Position numbers and translations under genes: made by a program. Positions 14,001 through 25,130 of a DNA stretch of 64,000 nucleotides are shown here, piece after piece. Source of the DNA: Haliotis rubra (lineage: Eukaryota). The notes below the pieces were generated by a model. That model was not told the DNA's origin. It worked only from the letters and a program-made list of their open reading frames with translations, and did not search any database. Each line of letters begins with the position of its first letter. Positions within the stretch are counted from its first letter, which is position 1. Location of the stretch: contig NW_025766370.1 in NCBI RefSeq assembly GCF_003918875.1, forward strand, positions 1,364,001-1,428,000, read 5' to 3'.

Positions 14001-17000
14001 CATATAAGTCATATGACACACTTGCTCGAGTGTGATAATTTCTTTATTATCCATTTCATTCATCTACATTTGTGCAGTAAAACACGGTAAGCAAGTGTGA
14101 CGGCCCACTTCATTGACGTCATGTTCAATTGTTTAATGACGTCACAGACGAACAAATACAGAAACAATGGTTGCTAGGCAAAAGTGATATGTTCAAATGT
14201 GCACATATAATATATATGACACTGGTTATGGTTCACCATATGGGTAATAAATTTCAGTGCATGCTTGTTTACTTTCCTGATGGGCAATGTATCACTTCAT
14301 GCTTGTTTATATTCCAGGTGAACGATAATATCAATATACATGCTCGTTTACATCACAGTATTACAATATATATACAATTAACTGTTTTGATTTCAGGTTT
14401 TCCGGTGTTGTTGATAGTGGCGTGGGTAATCGCAATGACGCAGATGTATGTTGCAAAGTAAGTATTCAAATAGCTTTTTAATACAATGTAACATTAATAT
14501 TATGATGCCGATTAACGGTTCATATAATACTGTTAACAGTTAATATGGTCTCATATGTTAACAGTTAAACATATGTTTATCAGTTGATATTTTCATACTG
14601 GTATACTGTAATTCTTACAGGGGAAATAATTACCCTTTGCCTGTAGAAAACGTATTGAAAATTGTTGTATTATCCCTTTTGTCAGAACGATGCACCGTTT
14701 AACTAAAGACCACGGCAGTGTGTCTTACAGTGTCTCATCTTACCATATATCTTTATATCGCCTGATGTATAAGTACGCATGTATATTTTGTCCAATGGGG
14801 TACCCATTGGAAATAATATACTGAGGAAGGTCTGGTAAAAAAGTGTTAGTAGAACATTACTTTTTTATATATTCCCATTAATTACTAATATTTTCTTGCA
14901 TTTTTCAGATGCTGGTATGCATATTACTATCTAAAAATAATATGGATCATTGAAGCGCCTAGAGTAGCAGTAATAGCTGTAAGTACACAGAACATAATGG
15001 TTGTACGAAGTATTAGATCACATAGGATCACAATTTTAATTCAACGACTGGTGCACTTTAATCGACGTGCAACCACGCGTCCAGATTTATGCATGTTTTT
15101 GTTCCCGACCTACTGAGACACCAGTACTTCAAAACCCACTCATATCCGGCATAAAATACTGATCCCCATAAGATCTTTTAGTATGTAGCTTGGGGATTGA
15201 GCCACCCTTTGTTGTTTAACGCCCCACTCAGCAATATTCCAGCTATTTAACGGCGGTCTGTAAATAATCTAGTCTGGACCAGACAGTTCTGTAATTGACA
15301 TCATGATCATCGATCAATATAATTAGGATACGTTGACATGCATCAGAGAAATCAGCGAGTCTGACCTCCCGCTCTCGTCGCTGCATCTTACAAGGATGGG
15401 TTGTTGAAGACCAATTCTTACCGAATCTTCAAGGTGGTGTGAGGATATCGCAATGGCAATGAGAACATACCTATAAGCGTTTATAGAGTAATGTTTTTTT
15501 CTGATCATGTTGTGGGGAACAAACTTAAGGATTTTATCCTCTAAGTATCAGACAGACATGATTATTTGATATCTGTGTTGACATTTCAACTGGAAGGACA
15601 TGTCTGACCTTAAGCTGTCTATGGAAATGTCACCGATATGTTTCTCTTCTAAATACATCCCAGCTGTACATCAGTTAATCCCTCAGACTTTGATGCAGCA
15701 TTATTTTGAGATATATAATCCCGCATACTCAACCTACTTTTATATACGAGCTAAAAACACTTTTCCATAATAATTTCAAAAGTCCTGTGCACCATTCCAG
15801 CTAAATATTAAGCATGTGTTATGCTACACAATAACATGGAAATTTGACGCTGTACAAATGCACTTTTTCTCAGTTCTTTTCTTCTTCTTCTCTCTTCTTC
15901 TCGTTCTTCCTCTCCTCCCCTTCTTTCTTTTTCTTCTTCTCCCAGTCCTCTTTTTCTTCTTCTTCTCATCTTCTTCTCTTGCTTCTTAATCAAATTATCT
16001 CATTTTCTTTTATTTCCAGGTCAATTTATTATTCCTTTTAAACATCATCAGGGTGTTGGTGATGAAACTGAGACAAAGCCACACGAATGAAGCAAACAAA
16101 GTTCGGTTGGTATATCAATGTTGTGACAGAATTTCATATTACTCTATCGTTGAAGTTCTGGGTTGATCACACACTCAAAATAGTACATGCACTAACACAA
16201 AACCAAACACACACACACACACAGACACACATACACATTCCTTTGAATGCTGTTAATACCATATTTGTTCCAATGCCCTAACGGTATTATCCTGCTGCAC
16301 ACAAAAAGAAAGTTCTTTTATATCTTCGTACTTTATCAGCTATGATTATTGCGTTAGTTGCTTACATGTAATGTGTGTTTCCGATATGTTTATGCCGATC
16401 ACACCCGAAGAGGTAGCAAATTTTACATCCAGCTTCAATACTTTTTTTCCCATTAGTGCTGAAGCAGCTTTGTCATTTACGTTTGTTTGCAAAGAAGAAC
16501 AAACTTCTTAAATACAATATTTGTATTACATGATATGACAGAGACCATCTGAAGGAAGGTCGGGTGTTCTTGTACAAAATGTAATTGGTATCAATGGTGT
16601 CCGATGTCAGTAATGACTCCAGTGTCACACCTTGTAGGATGCTCAGATAACGAACCCGAACCGACCTGGGCATCTGAAGATATCAAGCATCGTGTACAAA
16701 ATATTTGCATTGTTTTAGTAAACCCTCAGTGACAACAATTAAGGTGCACATGGAATTAATCGGATCATGCAGACACGACATTTTAACCAAAACATGTATC
16801 AGAAGGAATGCATGTATTGTCTGAAAGAAATGTAACAATAGGTGAATTGTCATGTCACCATGGAGTTATATTGTTTGTGACATTGGTAATATATGCTGTG
16901 ACTGATCACGCGCCCGTCCATTCCTGGGGGTACCTCGGTCCTACTTAGAATGCCCCAGTCCCTAAATTACTTGCCCCGGCCCTAGTAAGTGTATTTCCCT

Positions 17001-20000
17001 GATGGAAACATAAGGGAACAGATGAAAGTACAATTGTTCCTACATTTATTTCCCGATTTTCACCAATAGACGAATACAAATCACGGGGAGTAACCTGGAA
17101 AGGAACACAGAAACACTTGTACATGCATGTGTTCCCTTATTTGTTACCATCAGTATATGTCCAAGCGGTACATGAGACTTTGAACCATTTGAAAATTTAA
17201 TATAGGTGGTCTTTAACTTATTTCTGGGTATTATAACTTGAGAAAAAGTGGTGACAGGTTCACTTCGTCGTCAATTCTGTCAATTCTTGAAAGGATAATC
17301 TGAACAGCTGCTCTCATGCTGATTATAGATCGTGTTTAACTGAAACTTTAATGCATTTAAACATCAATTCATCTGGAAGAGACTTTATGTATATTTATCA
17401 TACTATTGATATTTCTACTTAGAACTGAACAGCAATGTCTGATCTTGTTTGAATCTTAACAAAAACAAATTCTATCAACAAACGTTCTGCTCTAATCCTA
17501 ATACCAACTTGCATTACCCTCAGATGTCAGAATACCCGATCAACATCTTCAATGAAAATAATGTAACTCCAATTGCTAAGTTATAACAATGTGTGTGTGA
17601 GACACGTGTTGGACTGCCGTACAAGATAAAAACACCGTACAATTTATGGTGAACATTGGTATATTGGATACCTGTGTTGATTCAGTTAACCTTTGTCGAG
17701 GATATTTTGAGTAGTGTCTGTTTCCAACCAGTGATCTGATAATGGTATTGAGATTGATGAAGTTCTTACCATATTGAGTTATGGATACGTGGGAGGCACA
17801 TTGTGTATAGAAATGTAAGTTCTGTTGCAACATATGCTATTAGTCATAGATGTTTTGCAAAGTACAGTGCATTACCCATTAATGCTGAAGTGCACGAGCC
17901 TGCCTTAGAGCTGTGGGTTTGTATGACACCTGCCGTGTTTTGCATCCACGTGGGTGGACCATCTTCCTCCATTAGATGTATATGCGGTAGCCTCTGATCA
18001 ACAGCAGATGACTCTTGAGCACCTAAAACCTTCGGCTTTTACATGGATATGCGATGTTCAGGTTTTTATGTCACAGACATCCCATCAACTGGATCTGTTT
18101 TAACTTTCTTAAATAACATGATGTCAGTAACATATATTTGTCAAATCAAATGTTTTAACCTTTATTTGAAAGTACAATGAATTGGTATTCGTATTCGGAC
18201 ATATGCATATTGTCTTACATATGTCAGACAAAAAGCTACAGTGATGATAAAGAACGTTAACAATGCGCATACGCAACTATTCACAGGTGTGATAATTAAT
18301 AATATCTTTCAAAAAACGTTATTGTAATTTATGTCTGAAGAAATTAATATCTGATTGTATGCCATCGTCATCTTTAACATGTATCCAAGGAGTATGCCTA
18401 CATTTAAAATGGCGTTTCAAGAACAATGCGAACTCCCACTCGTCTTGAGCCATTTAAAATACAGACGCTCTCTTCAAACATATGGCATTTACGAAATAAC
18501 AGAAGTAATCAGTGATACAGTTCTTTAAATATCAACGTCGTGTCGCAAATGTTTCATGTCAGTGGTCTTATATATCACATACCGGTGAGGTGTTCTCATC
18601 GAAGATTAGTTTGCAAAATGAAATAGACTGCGGCTGTCCTTGGACGTAATGAAACTGGGAAAGAGAAATACCAATGATAATATATTTTAATTTCCTCGTT
18701 ATTTATTCCGGTTTGTGGGAACACAACCATTATGCCTGATGTCCTCCACACTGTCCCAGTGTTAACCGACCGGAAAGAAATGTTAATTATTTTTCTTTAT
18801 CAATGTCAATGACCGCTTTGTTTTGTTTTTTTAATTTTCAGAAAAGCAGTAAAGGCGGCAATAGTACTGCTACCATTGCTTGGTATAACGAACTTTGTGG
18901 TGATGATAGAGCCAAGTCATGATAACATAATCAAGTTCGGCGTGTGGGCATTCAGCGCCCATTTTCTCATCTCATTTGAAGGTTTCTTTATCTCACTGCT
19001 TTACTGCTTCCTTAACGGAGAGGTAAGTTTACAACTACTTATACGCTGTAACTATATGTCCATGAAGATTGCTCTATCTTGACCGTTTTTATATATCATC
19101 GTTCACCCTGATTGCAAAACATCTTGTTTGAAATACATGCGCAAGTGCTCAATGACACTAGTGTATACAATGACAGAAAATGACCTTTTATGGAAGTAAA
19201 CAATCAAATACAATTGAACACAATACCATTTGGAATTCATCATGTTCATGACAACTGCTGAATTGTGGTAAATAGCTGTTGCATATAATTGTAGGATGTT
19301 AGTAAGAGAACTATTGGATCGGTTGAATGAGTGCTCTATTAATTACTCATGGCGAAGTTTATAACTATCTTTTTTTATTTATCTGTCAGCTCTGTCGACC
19401 TTTGGTTTTATATTGTCATTGCACAATATCACACTTGCACAAGTGGTTTATCAACTTTAAAATTTAGCACACCATCTTATCAACCACACATCTATTTCAT
19501 TTGGCATCATATTGTCTACATCTATTTCAATGCCATACGTATGCTTTAGGTTATATATGTACAATATATAGCACCAAAAATAAGAAAAGAATAACAAACA
19601 TTTCGAATCTTCAATTCTATGCCACGATCATTTCGCAATGGAATATTGAAAAAAATATTATAATTATTTATTATTATAATTATTATTTTAAAATTATGAA
19701 TGTGTCTTCATTCAGTACATATTCTGTAATGCAACAAATTCAGTATAGTTCAACCCCGTTAATCTGTAACATCTTGTTTCGGAAACTTCTCCACATTAAA
19801 ATGTGTTTCACTTTACAGTGCCATGTATGTGTTGCTTCATCTTCAGATTGATGCATTTTCAAACGGTTGAGAATTGATGATTTCTGATCAATATGTTGTC
19901 TGATTTGAAAAGAAACAACATTTATCATTCCAATATTAATGAACCTAGGTGCAAATAACGCTACAGAGGCAGTTATGTCGAAGATACCCAACTTCTGCAT

Positions 20001-23000
20001 CACTCGACTATTCCACGGTAACATGGCGAAACGGAAGTAACAAGGTACACAAGAAGTGATGGCGTCCCACCCAAATATACATGACGTTGTCTGGCTAACA
20101 GCATGCAGCACAGATTAGGACATGCGCAGTCTAACTTTCAAACTTTGTATTCTTGTGTTATATGAGCACCATTGCACAGCATGACTTACCTAACATGTAT
20201 TGATTTGGAACCACAGTCAAACGATTTCATGGTTAATTCAAGACCCAATTAACCTGTGGTTATCAGTTCTACGAGAGGTTCCAAATCGAAACATTGATCA
20301 GGAGGCAATTTCATTACAGTTTGATCAGCATTGTTTGTTTGATCAGAAATGTAATGATGAAGAAAGTTTTTTCTAGAACAACCAAGGTTGCAAACTCATT
20401 TAGACAGGCAATGTACTCAATAACTTGGGAGAGTCTTCCTGTTATTGATTTTAATTACATGAAGATGAAATCTTTTCAGACTGTGAATGAAATTGCCGCT
20501 GAGATGTACACGGGATAGGAATGTAGACTAATGGATATTGACAAGTGTTTCTATGGCAACAGGTACGAGTGACAATTCGGAGGCACTGGGAGAGATATCG
20601 ACAACGTAGGCTCATACATACATCAAGCTTAAGGCGCATGAGCAGATCACTTAGCATCTTTACATCCTTCAGCGAGGTGTCTCATACCTCCGCGTCACAG
20701 GTACATGTGTACGTAAAGTCATTACGTCACCGATACATGAGCACATGATTACACACACTTTGGCCATTTTGGTTTGGAGTTGATATGTTTTCAGCACTAC
20801 AACAAAAGGCCCCAGTTAAAGTTGAAAAAGAACGTGTGGCCCAGTAAGGGTTTGTTCGTTACGACCAAGACACGGGTTCGACTCCCCATTGCCGTGTGGT
20901 AAAATGTGTAAAGCACGTAATTATCTGCACGTGCGAAAAGAAAACCAGTTGACGAGAAAAGTCAATACAATAGAACCAATTATTGATATGCAGCTCCTTA
21001 GCCACCTAAAACATTTGGCTACAGTTGAAACTCGTTTATCCGGACGTACTACAACCATGCAGGTATCTCGCAGTATACGGATTTTGGGTTAACGAACACG
21101 GCTAATACGGAATATGAGATATATTTCAAATTGTAGTGGTCAATTTACGTACGGAAGGACGAGGTCCAGCTCCATCTTAATTGGTTCGTAGAAAATGTGG
21201 CATAATAGTTTAGAGTCGTCCTCGGTTTTCGATTAAGCAGCTCTTATGTCGATGCTGTTCCCGCCGTTTTCGCACGGAAACTTAAGCAGTAACATGGTAA
21301 GCAAACACAATTAGTAATTCAGTACCACGGGAAAACTAGTCTCCCCGTTCCCACCCTTTGAGGAACATGACCCAAATGTTCGGTTCAAAATGTTTCATTG
21401 TCGATCGAACGTTTATGCCAACATATATAAACCATTCTCATAAAGTCATATAAAATCCAGTTTCATTTAAATTTAAAGAATATTTCTCAATGTTTATTCT
21501 GAATGAGAACGCTGAGTTCTTGGCAGATTAATTGCCGCCCTTGTAGAATTGTTTCCAACATTTCAGAAGATGTTTTCTTTTTGTTGTATAACACCGCACT
21601 CCAGATATTCCAGTTGCATGACTATTTTTTGACAATGGTATTCTTTGCCCGAGCAGAAAAAATCTTTTAATAGGCTCTTAGTCCGGTCGTTGGTTCATTA
21701 TCTACTTAGTGATGTTTATATCTAGGCATTATGAGCACGGGGTCTCTCTCTCCTAAGCTGCAATTTGGGTCACCTTGTCGTACCAGATCTCGAAGTCATG
21801 ATTGGCCCTGTTCCTGTTTCTTGGTTATCAGCATCGCGACTATATTTGTGGTGTTTTTTTCTCAAAGTCGTGTTTAAGACCTCCATGGCAGTGGTCCTTC
21901 CACGCTGGTAAGCTGACATGCCGTGACATGACTGAAATATTGCTAACCGACGTTTAACTCAATTCGCACTTAGTTACGTAGGTTGAGGAAAACATAATAT
22001 CATTGCCAAAGTCTCTAAACAGGGGACTTCAGAAACATAATACCTTTGCCAAAGTCTCTGAACAGACTACGACAGAAGCATAATAGCATTGCCAAAGTTT
22101 CCAAAGTGGGTACAACAGAAACAGACTGTCATTGCCAAAGTGTCTAAAGATTCAATTTTCAATTCTGAAAAACAGCAAGAAAACTAGTAAAAACTATCAT
22201 GAAAACGATTTCCATTTTTTGTAAAGAAACATATCAGTTTGTAAATGTCAGTAATCGAGAGGGGCGGTGGGGTAGCCTCGTGGTTAAAGCGTTGGCTCGT
22301 CACGCCGAAGACCCGGGTTCGATTCCCCACATGGGCACAATGTGTTAAGCCCATTTCTGGTGTCCCCCGCCGTGATATTGCTGGAATATTGCTAAAAGCG
22401 GCGTAAAACCAAACTCAGTCAGTCAGTAATCGAGATTATCTGTAATTGCCCGATCTCAATGATTCGCTGTTTACAGGCTATGGCCGATCAGATCTAATAT
22501 AACTAAACAATTAATTAGTAGAGACAAGCAAATGACATTAGTAAACGTCTAATTTGGGCCACAGCCAGATTTCGATGCGTCATAACATGTCATTGCCTAT
22601 AAACGTGCTTGCCTAAAAATATATACTGCTGTTACAGGAATTTTTAGACATTATGTTATCATTATGTTATGAAAGCGGCACGGAACAATGTCTTGATAAA
22701 AGAGCAACCAAAACCGAGGATGAAGAGTATCACACTTATAACTAGTTTGTAGCATCGTCAGCAGCGCTTTCTTCAGGTTTAAGCTATGATGAACAAATGT
22801 ATTTCATTCACATTTTGTTTTCATTTAGAACACATTATAATTCTTAGCAATAGTCTTTTGGATAGAATCACACGTTTTGTTTTAAATAAAGTTTGACTGC
22901 CGCAGAATTATTAGCACATTTTGAATGCTATGCTACCAATATATTTACTCGTATAGTATATTTGCATGTGAAATTTATGGTATGTGATAATGCTAGTTGT

Positions 23001-23803
23001 TTTGTCAATGAGTTTATAATTATATAATTTGCCGAATGTCAGTTTTCGTGCATGACATTATGCATGCATTGCACATGTTTGTACCAGTTTACAATCATGC
23101 ATTTGACCAGAAAGTCTGGACCAAGACTGCATGCTTGCTTGATACATTACTTTGAACAAATTTGTTTATTAAGTTTCTTAAAACATGATTTGAAATTCAT
23201 TTTACTAATATCTAAAACATTTACCCCTATTTCTTACAAATAGGTTTATTTGTGAATGATTTATTAGCATATCCCTTTGCCCGTATGTCCACGTTTAAGT
23301 AGTATTTCATTTTATGCCTCATTCTAAGAAAAACGTGATAAAACAAGTATTACAGAAGTACACAGGCTGCACCCAATCGACCGTGTTCATCACGGACAAT
23401 TACAGCTATCACTGATTAATATGGGCATCGATTTCAGTATGGTATAAGTAACGTAAACATGACCTGTGTGGTATTGTATTGTATTGTCTATAATTTGTCG
23501 ATAGGGGGAATACATAATTACTTTTTTATAATATGTCTGATGTTGTTAAGGCATCACATTGCAACTATTCACCTGTGTAATTCTTGTTGATTTCAGAAAC
23601 AGAACCAAACCGCAGCCTCCATGACAGTAAATGGACACGTTCAACCTTTACTCCGGGAACCCTTCACTAAAAGAGTAGGGGCTGGTGCCCTGGGAGTAAG
23701 GAGAGCTATATTTAAAGACAACACTGACAGCAAACAAAGTATCCGAAAAATAAGTAATCTTGGTGGATTTAACGGTGCAGAGATCAACGAGCAGCGGATA
23801 TAG
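1914..23803 (+). CDS. PDFR: Class B1 (secretin-like) GPCR, PDF-receptor-like; 5'-partial gene, 11 coding exons in window (~480 aa)
   Basis: All exons have GT-AG boundaries with consistent phases. The joined translation has the hormone-binding domain (YCNATWDKVLCW..C, CGPNGRW, TNYIGC) and 7 TM segments with class B motifs (LKCHRTRIHKNLF, WMFVEGLYLH, GWGFP, CW, NIIRVLVMKLR, KAAIVLLPLLG, GFFISLLYCFLNGEV). LEYxKTxxFMWMFxEGLYLHN and the long ECL1 ending in DTPVFCE resemble PDF receptors (from memory). Confidence 0.85.
2235..2399 (+). CDS. PDFR: GPCR exon (ECD: FATRKCGPNGRWEGKNPGDFSVP/QGYTNYIGCYTQQALEIYKRFYMNKTPQQKQ); apparent frameshift in C6 run at 2302-2307
   Basis: acag acceptor, gtgagt donor; CxxNGxW and TNYxxC motifs lie in two different frames. 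Confidence 0.9.
2492..2656. mobile_element. MITE family A (TATACTCATGGAAAC TIR), copy 1
   Basis: ~55-bp inverted repeats, TA flanks; homologous copies at 10770 and 16998. Confidence 0.85.
3273..3376 (+). CDS. PDFR: GPCR exon (TM1: VLRDIVSSARTMEIIGLCLSLVVTIVSLIIFSYFR)
   Basis: tttcag / gtatgt, phase 0->2, TM1 motif. Confidence 0.92.
3570..3915. repeat. Compound (CT)/(GT)/(AT) microsatellite
   Basis: visible dinucleotide runs. Confidence 0.95.
4003..4168 (+). CDS. PDFR: GPCR exon (ICL1-TM2-ECL1: NLKCHRTRIHKNLFVAIIVQISIMLILYIDQYIARTAGGEVAGASSGSSGAIYDT)
   Basis: cacag / gtaagt, phase 2->0, LxCxRxxIHxNLF motif. Confidence 0.93.
6426..6582 (+). CDS. PDFR: GPCR exon (TM3-TM4: PVFCEILYAILEYTKTVKFMWMFVEGLYLHNMIAVSVFSGKPNYAVFYAIGWG)
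   Basis: polypyrimidine tract + ttcag / gtgagt, phase 0->1. Confidence 0.95.
6783..6836 (-). ncRNA. Minimal hammerhead-like motif, inverted pLTR copy
   Basis: reverse complement reads CACTTGC TTCATAA C GGT..CACC GAAA CGTC GC..AGTG. Confidence 0.5.
7331..7385 (+). ncRNA. Minimal hammerhead-like motif of the PLE pLTR (U3-A8 variant core, degenerate)
   Basis: TTGATAA-C-GGTG..loop..CATC-GAAG-CGTC; a second copy on the - strand at 6783-6836 has an intact GAAACGTC. Confidence 0.55.
7576..7676 (+). mobile_element. Retroposon family 2, 3' fragment
   Basis: ggattgtctggtccagactcgattatttacagaccgcc..gcggcgttaaa(caac)n. Confidence 0.75.
8022..8125 (+). mobile_element. Retroposon family 2, deleted fragment
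   Basis: gggttagaattggtcttcagcaaccca. Confidence 0.7.
9760..9866. repeat. (GGGT)/(GAGT)/(GAGC) microsatellite
   Basis: visible tetranucleotide runs. Confidence 0.95.
10498..10626 (+). mobile_element. SINE family 1, degenerate
   Basis: gctcgtca..cgggtttgattccc..gctgaaatattgctgaaa. Confidence 0.65.
10770..10913. mobile_element. MITE family A, copy 2
   Basis: high similarity to 2492-2656, with a deletion in the right TIR. Confidence 0.85.
11206..11350 (-). mobile_element. SINE family 1, internally deleted
   Basis: aacgctttaaccact head, gtacccatgtgg body. Confidence 0.7.
13075..13700. repeat. 37-39 bp minisatellite (~16 copies) in a GPCR intron
   Basis: tgtttacccactatggagaggcacatatcaacacatgc. 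Confidence 0.95.
13914..14215. mobile_element. Short Crypton-like element with terminal palindrome
   Basis: ttattacacgagcaagtgtgtcata ... tatgacacacttgctcgagtgtgataa (13922-14038); interrupts a degenerate minisatellite. Confidence 0.5.
14397..14457 (+). CDS. PDFR: GPCR exon (TM4: FPVLLIVAWVIAMTQMYVAK)
   Basis: tttcag / gtaagt, phase 1->2, completes GWGxP. Confidence 0.92.
14909..14978 (+). CDS. PDFR: GPCR exon (ECL2-TM5: CWYAYYYLKIIWIIEAPRVAVIA)
   Basis: tttttcag / gtaagt, phase 2->0, CW and WIIxxP motifs. Confidence 0.92.
15208..15436 (-). mobile_element. Retroposon family 2, diverged
   Basis: reverse complement of both termini. Confidence 0.75.
15866..15990. repeat. (TTC)-rich polypyrimidine tract
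   Basis: directly upstream of acceptor 16019. Confidence 0.9.
16020..16105 (+). CDS. PDFR: GPCR exon (TM5-ICL3: VNLLFLLNIIRVLVMKLRQSHTNEANKVR)
   Basis: long pyrimidine tract + ttccag / gttggt, phase 0->2. Confidence 0.92.
16998..17157. mobile_element. MITE family A, copy 3 (diverged)
   Basis: taagggaacagatgaaagtacaa ... catgtgttcccttatttg. Confidence 0.75.
18842..19022 (+). CDS. PDFR: GPCR exon (TM6-TM7: KAVKAAIVLLPLLGITNFVVM...SFEGFFISLLYCFLNGE)
   Basis: ttttcag / gtaagt, phase 2->0, PLLG and YCFLNGE motifs. Confidence 0.95.
20563..20700 (+). CDS. PDFR: GPCR exon (helix 8 / C-tail: VRVTIRRHWERYRQRR...SFSEVSHTSASQ)
   Basis: caacag acceptor, helix-8 VRxxIRRHW; donor either CAG|gtacat (20700) or GAG|gtgtct (20676), both phase 0. 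Confidence 0.8.
21988..22150. repeat. Diverged 43-bp tandem repeat, 4 copies
   Basis: gaaacataat..cattgccaaagtctctaaac. Confidence 0.8.
22261..22421 (+). mobile_element. SINE family 1, young full-length copy (CAGT tail)
   Basis: intact A/B boxes; TSD gtcagtaatcgaga. Confidence 0.95.
23597..23803 (+). CDS. PDFR: GPCR terminal coding exon (KQNQTAASMTVNGHVQP...AEINEQRI*)
   Basis: ttgatttcag acceptor, phase 0 open frame of 68 codons to TAG; AATAAA at 24109-24114; no homology support. Confidence 0.65.
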   Translation, partial: KQNQTAASMTVNGHVQPLLREPFTKRVGAGALGVRRAIFKDNTDSKQSIRKISNLGGFNGAEINEQRI

Positions 23804-24423
23804 CAAAATCGATAAGCGATACTGCAATATTGGTTTACCTTGATTTGAAGACGTATGGCATTGCCATTACTCATTCTGTACATACAGACTGAAAGAAAAC
23901 AGGCTTGATAATAAATGAACTTGTTTGTAATAACGAAGACAGACGTATGGAAAGGTGACTGTGATAGTAACACAAAGGGTGTGTGTTCCAGGGCAGTTGA
24001 AAGAAAAACTATTTTCAAGAATTGGTGAATGTGATGGACATTCATTGAGCATTTCACTCTGAAGGCTAGATGGGAATGTGCTGGTGTGTGTCAACATTGA
24101 CCTTTCAGAATAAAATGTTTTCTTTGCCATTGAAACATTACCCATTTTGAGGAGGGAGGATAAACTATCTAACGAACACCCAGAGTCTACCGTCTACTTA
24201 TGGAATGGACAGTTTGGGTTGTTGAACCGGTACAATTGAAGTCATAGACTGCCAGACAAGGTTATACCCGAATGCCCTGATACCGTAAAGCTCCTAAGAA
24301 TAGAAACGGAAAGAGGATGAAGCTAACTTATCGCAAACTCAGTAAACCCTAGATGTAGATGACGAGAACGACATAACATATATTTGCAATTCTATTTCGT
24401 AGAGTACAATTAAATTCTGGTTT

Positions 24424-25130
24424 TGTAGACAACTATCATACACAACCAACAACACATCAGGTCCTTCAAAGGTGACTCACCCACCACTGTAAATCATAAT
24501 ACGTAGACGACTAGCATGCACGCACACAACTACCAACAACACTTCAAGTTCTTCAGAAAGTGACATAACCACCACATAATCATTTCCCGTAGACAACCAG
24601 CGGACATACAACTAATAATAACACTTCAAGTTCAACAGAGAGTGACACAACCGCCATGGTAATTATAACCCGTGGACAACTAGATTAACAACTACTACCC
24701 AAAAACTTCCAAGGTGGTTCCAAAGTGAAGAAACAATCCCGGTAAGTCGTGATCTGGAGAAACCAGTACATTAAGCTGCTAATAATAAAACTACATCCAA
24801 CAGAAGTTGACACTACGACCATAAATTTGGAAATCATAATCCGCAGAAAACAAGCTTTCTCTGCCACTAACAGTAACACTTCAGGTCCGTCCAAAAGTGA
24901 CGCAATCACCCTTGTAAATCGTAATACATTGACCAATAGCATACAATAATGAAGCTTACACATCGCTACCAATAACACTTCAGGTCCTTCCAAAGGTGAC
25001 AGAACCACCCTGGGAAAGTGTTATCTGTAGACAACTGGCACATAAATATACTAACAATAGAATTATATTCCAACAGAAAGTGACCCGGGGTCAACTGGCA
25101 ATCATAATGCGAAGATAGCTGGTACAGGCA
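24424..25130. repeat. Highly diverged ~84-bp tandem repeat (~8 copies)
   Basis: gtagacaac..caacacttcaggtccttc..aagtgac..aatcataat recurring at ~24425, 24503, 24589, 24672, 24756, 24843, 24928, 25027. Confidence 0.75.

Noticed and set aside
22261-22335. tRNA-Asp-like gene
   Set aside because: No acceptor stem; it continues into the SINE body and tail with a TSD.
22735-22785. Hammerhead-like CTGAAGA..AAACTAGT on the minus strand (similar at ~10660-10705)
   Set aside because: Core and stems are too degenerate to support a call.
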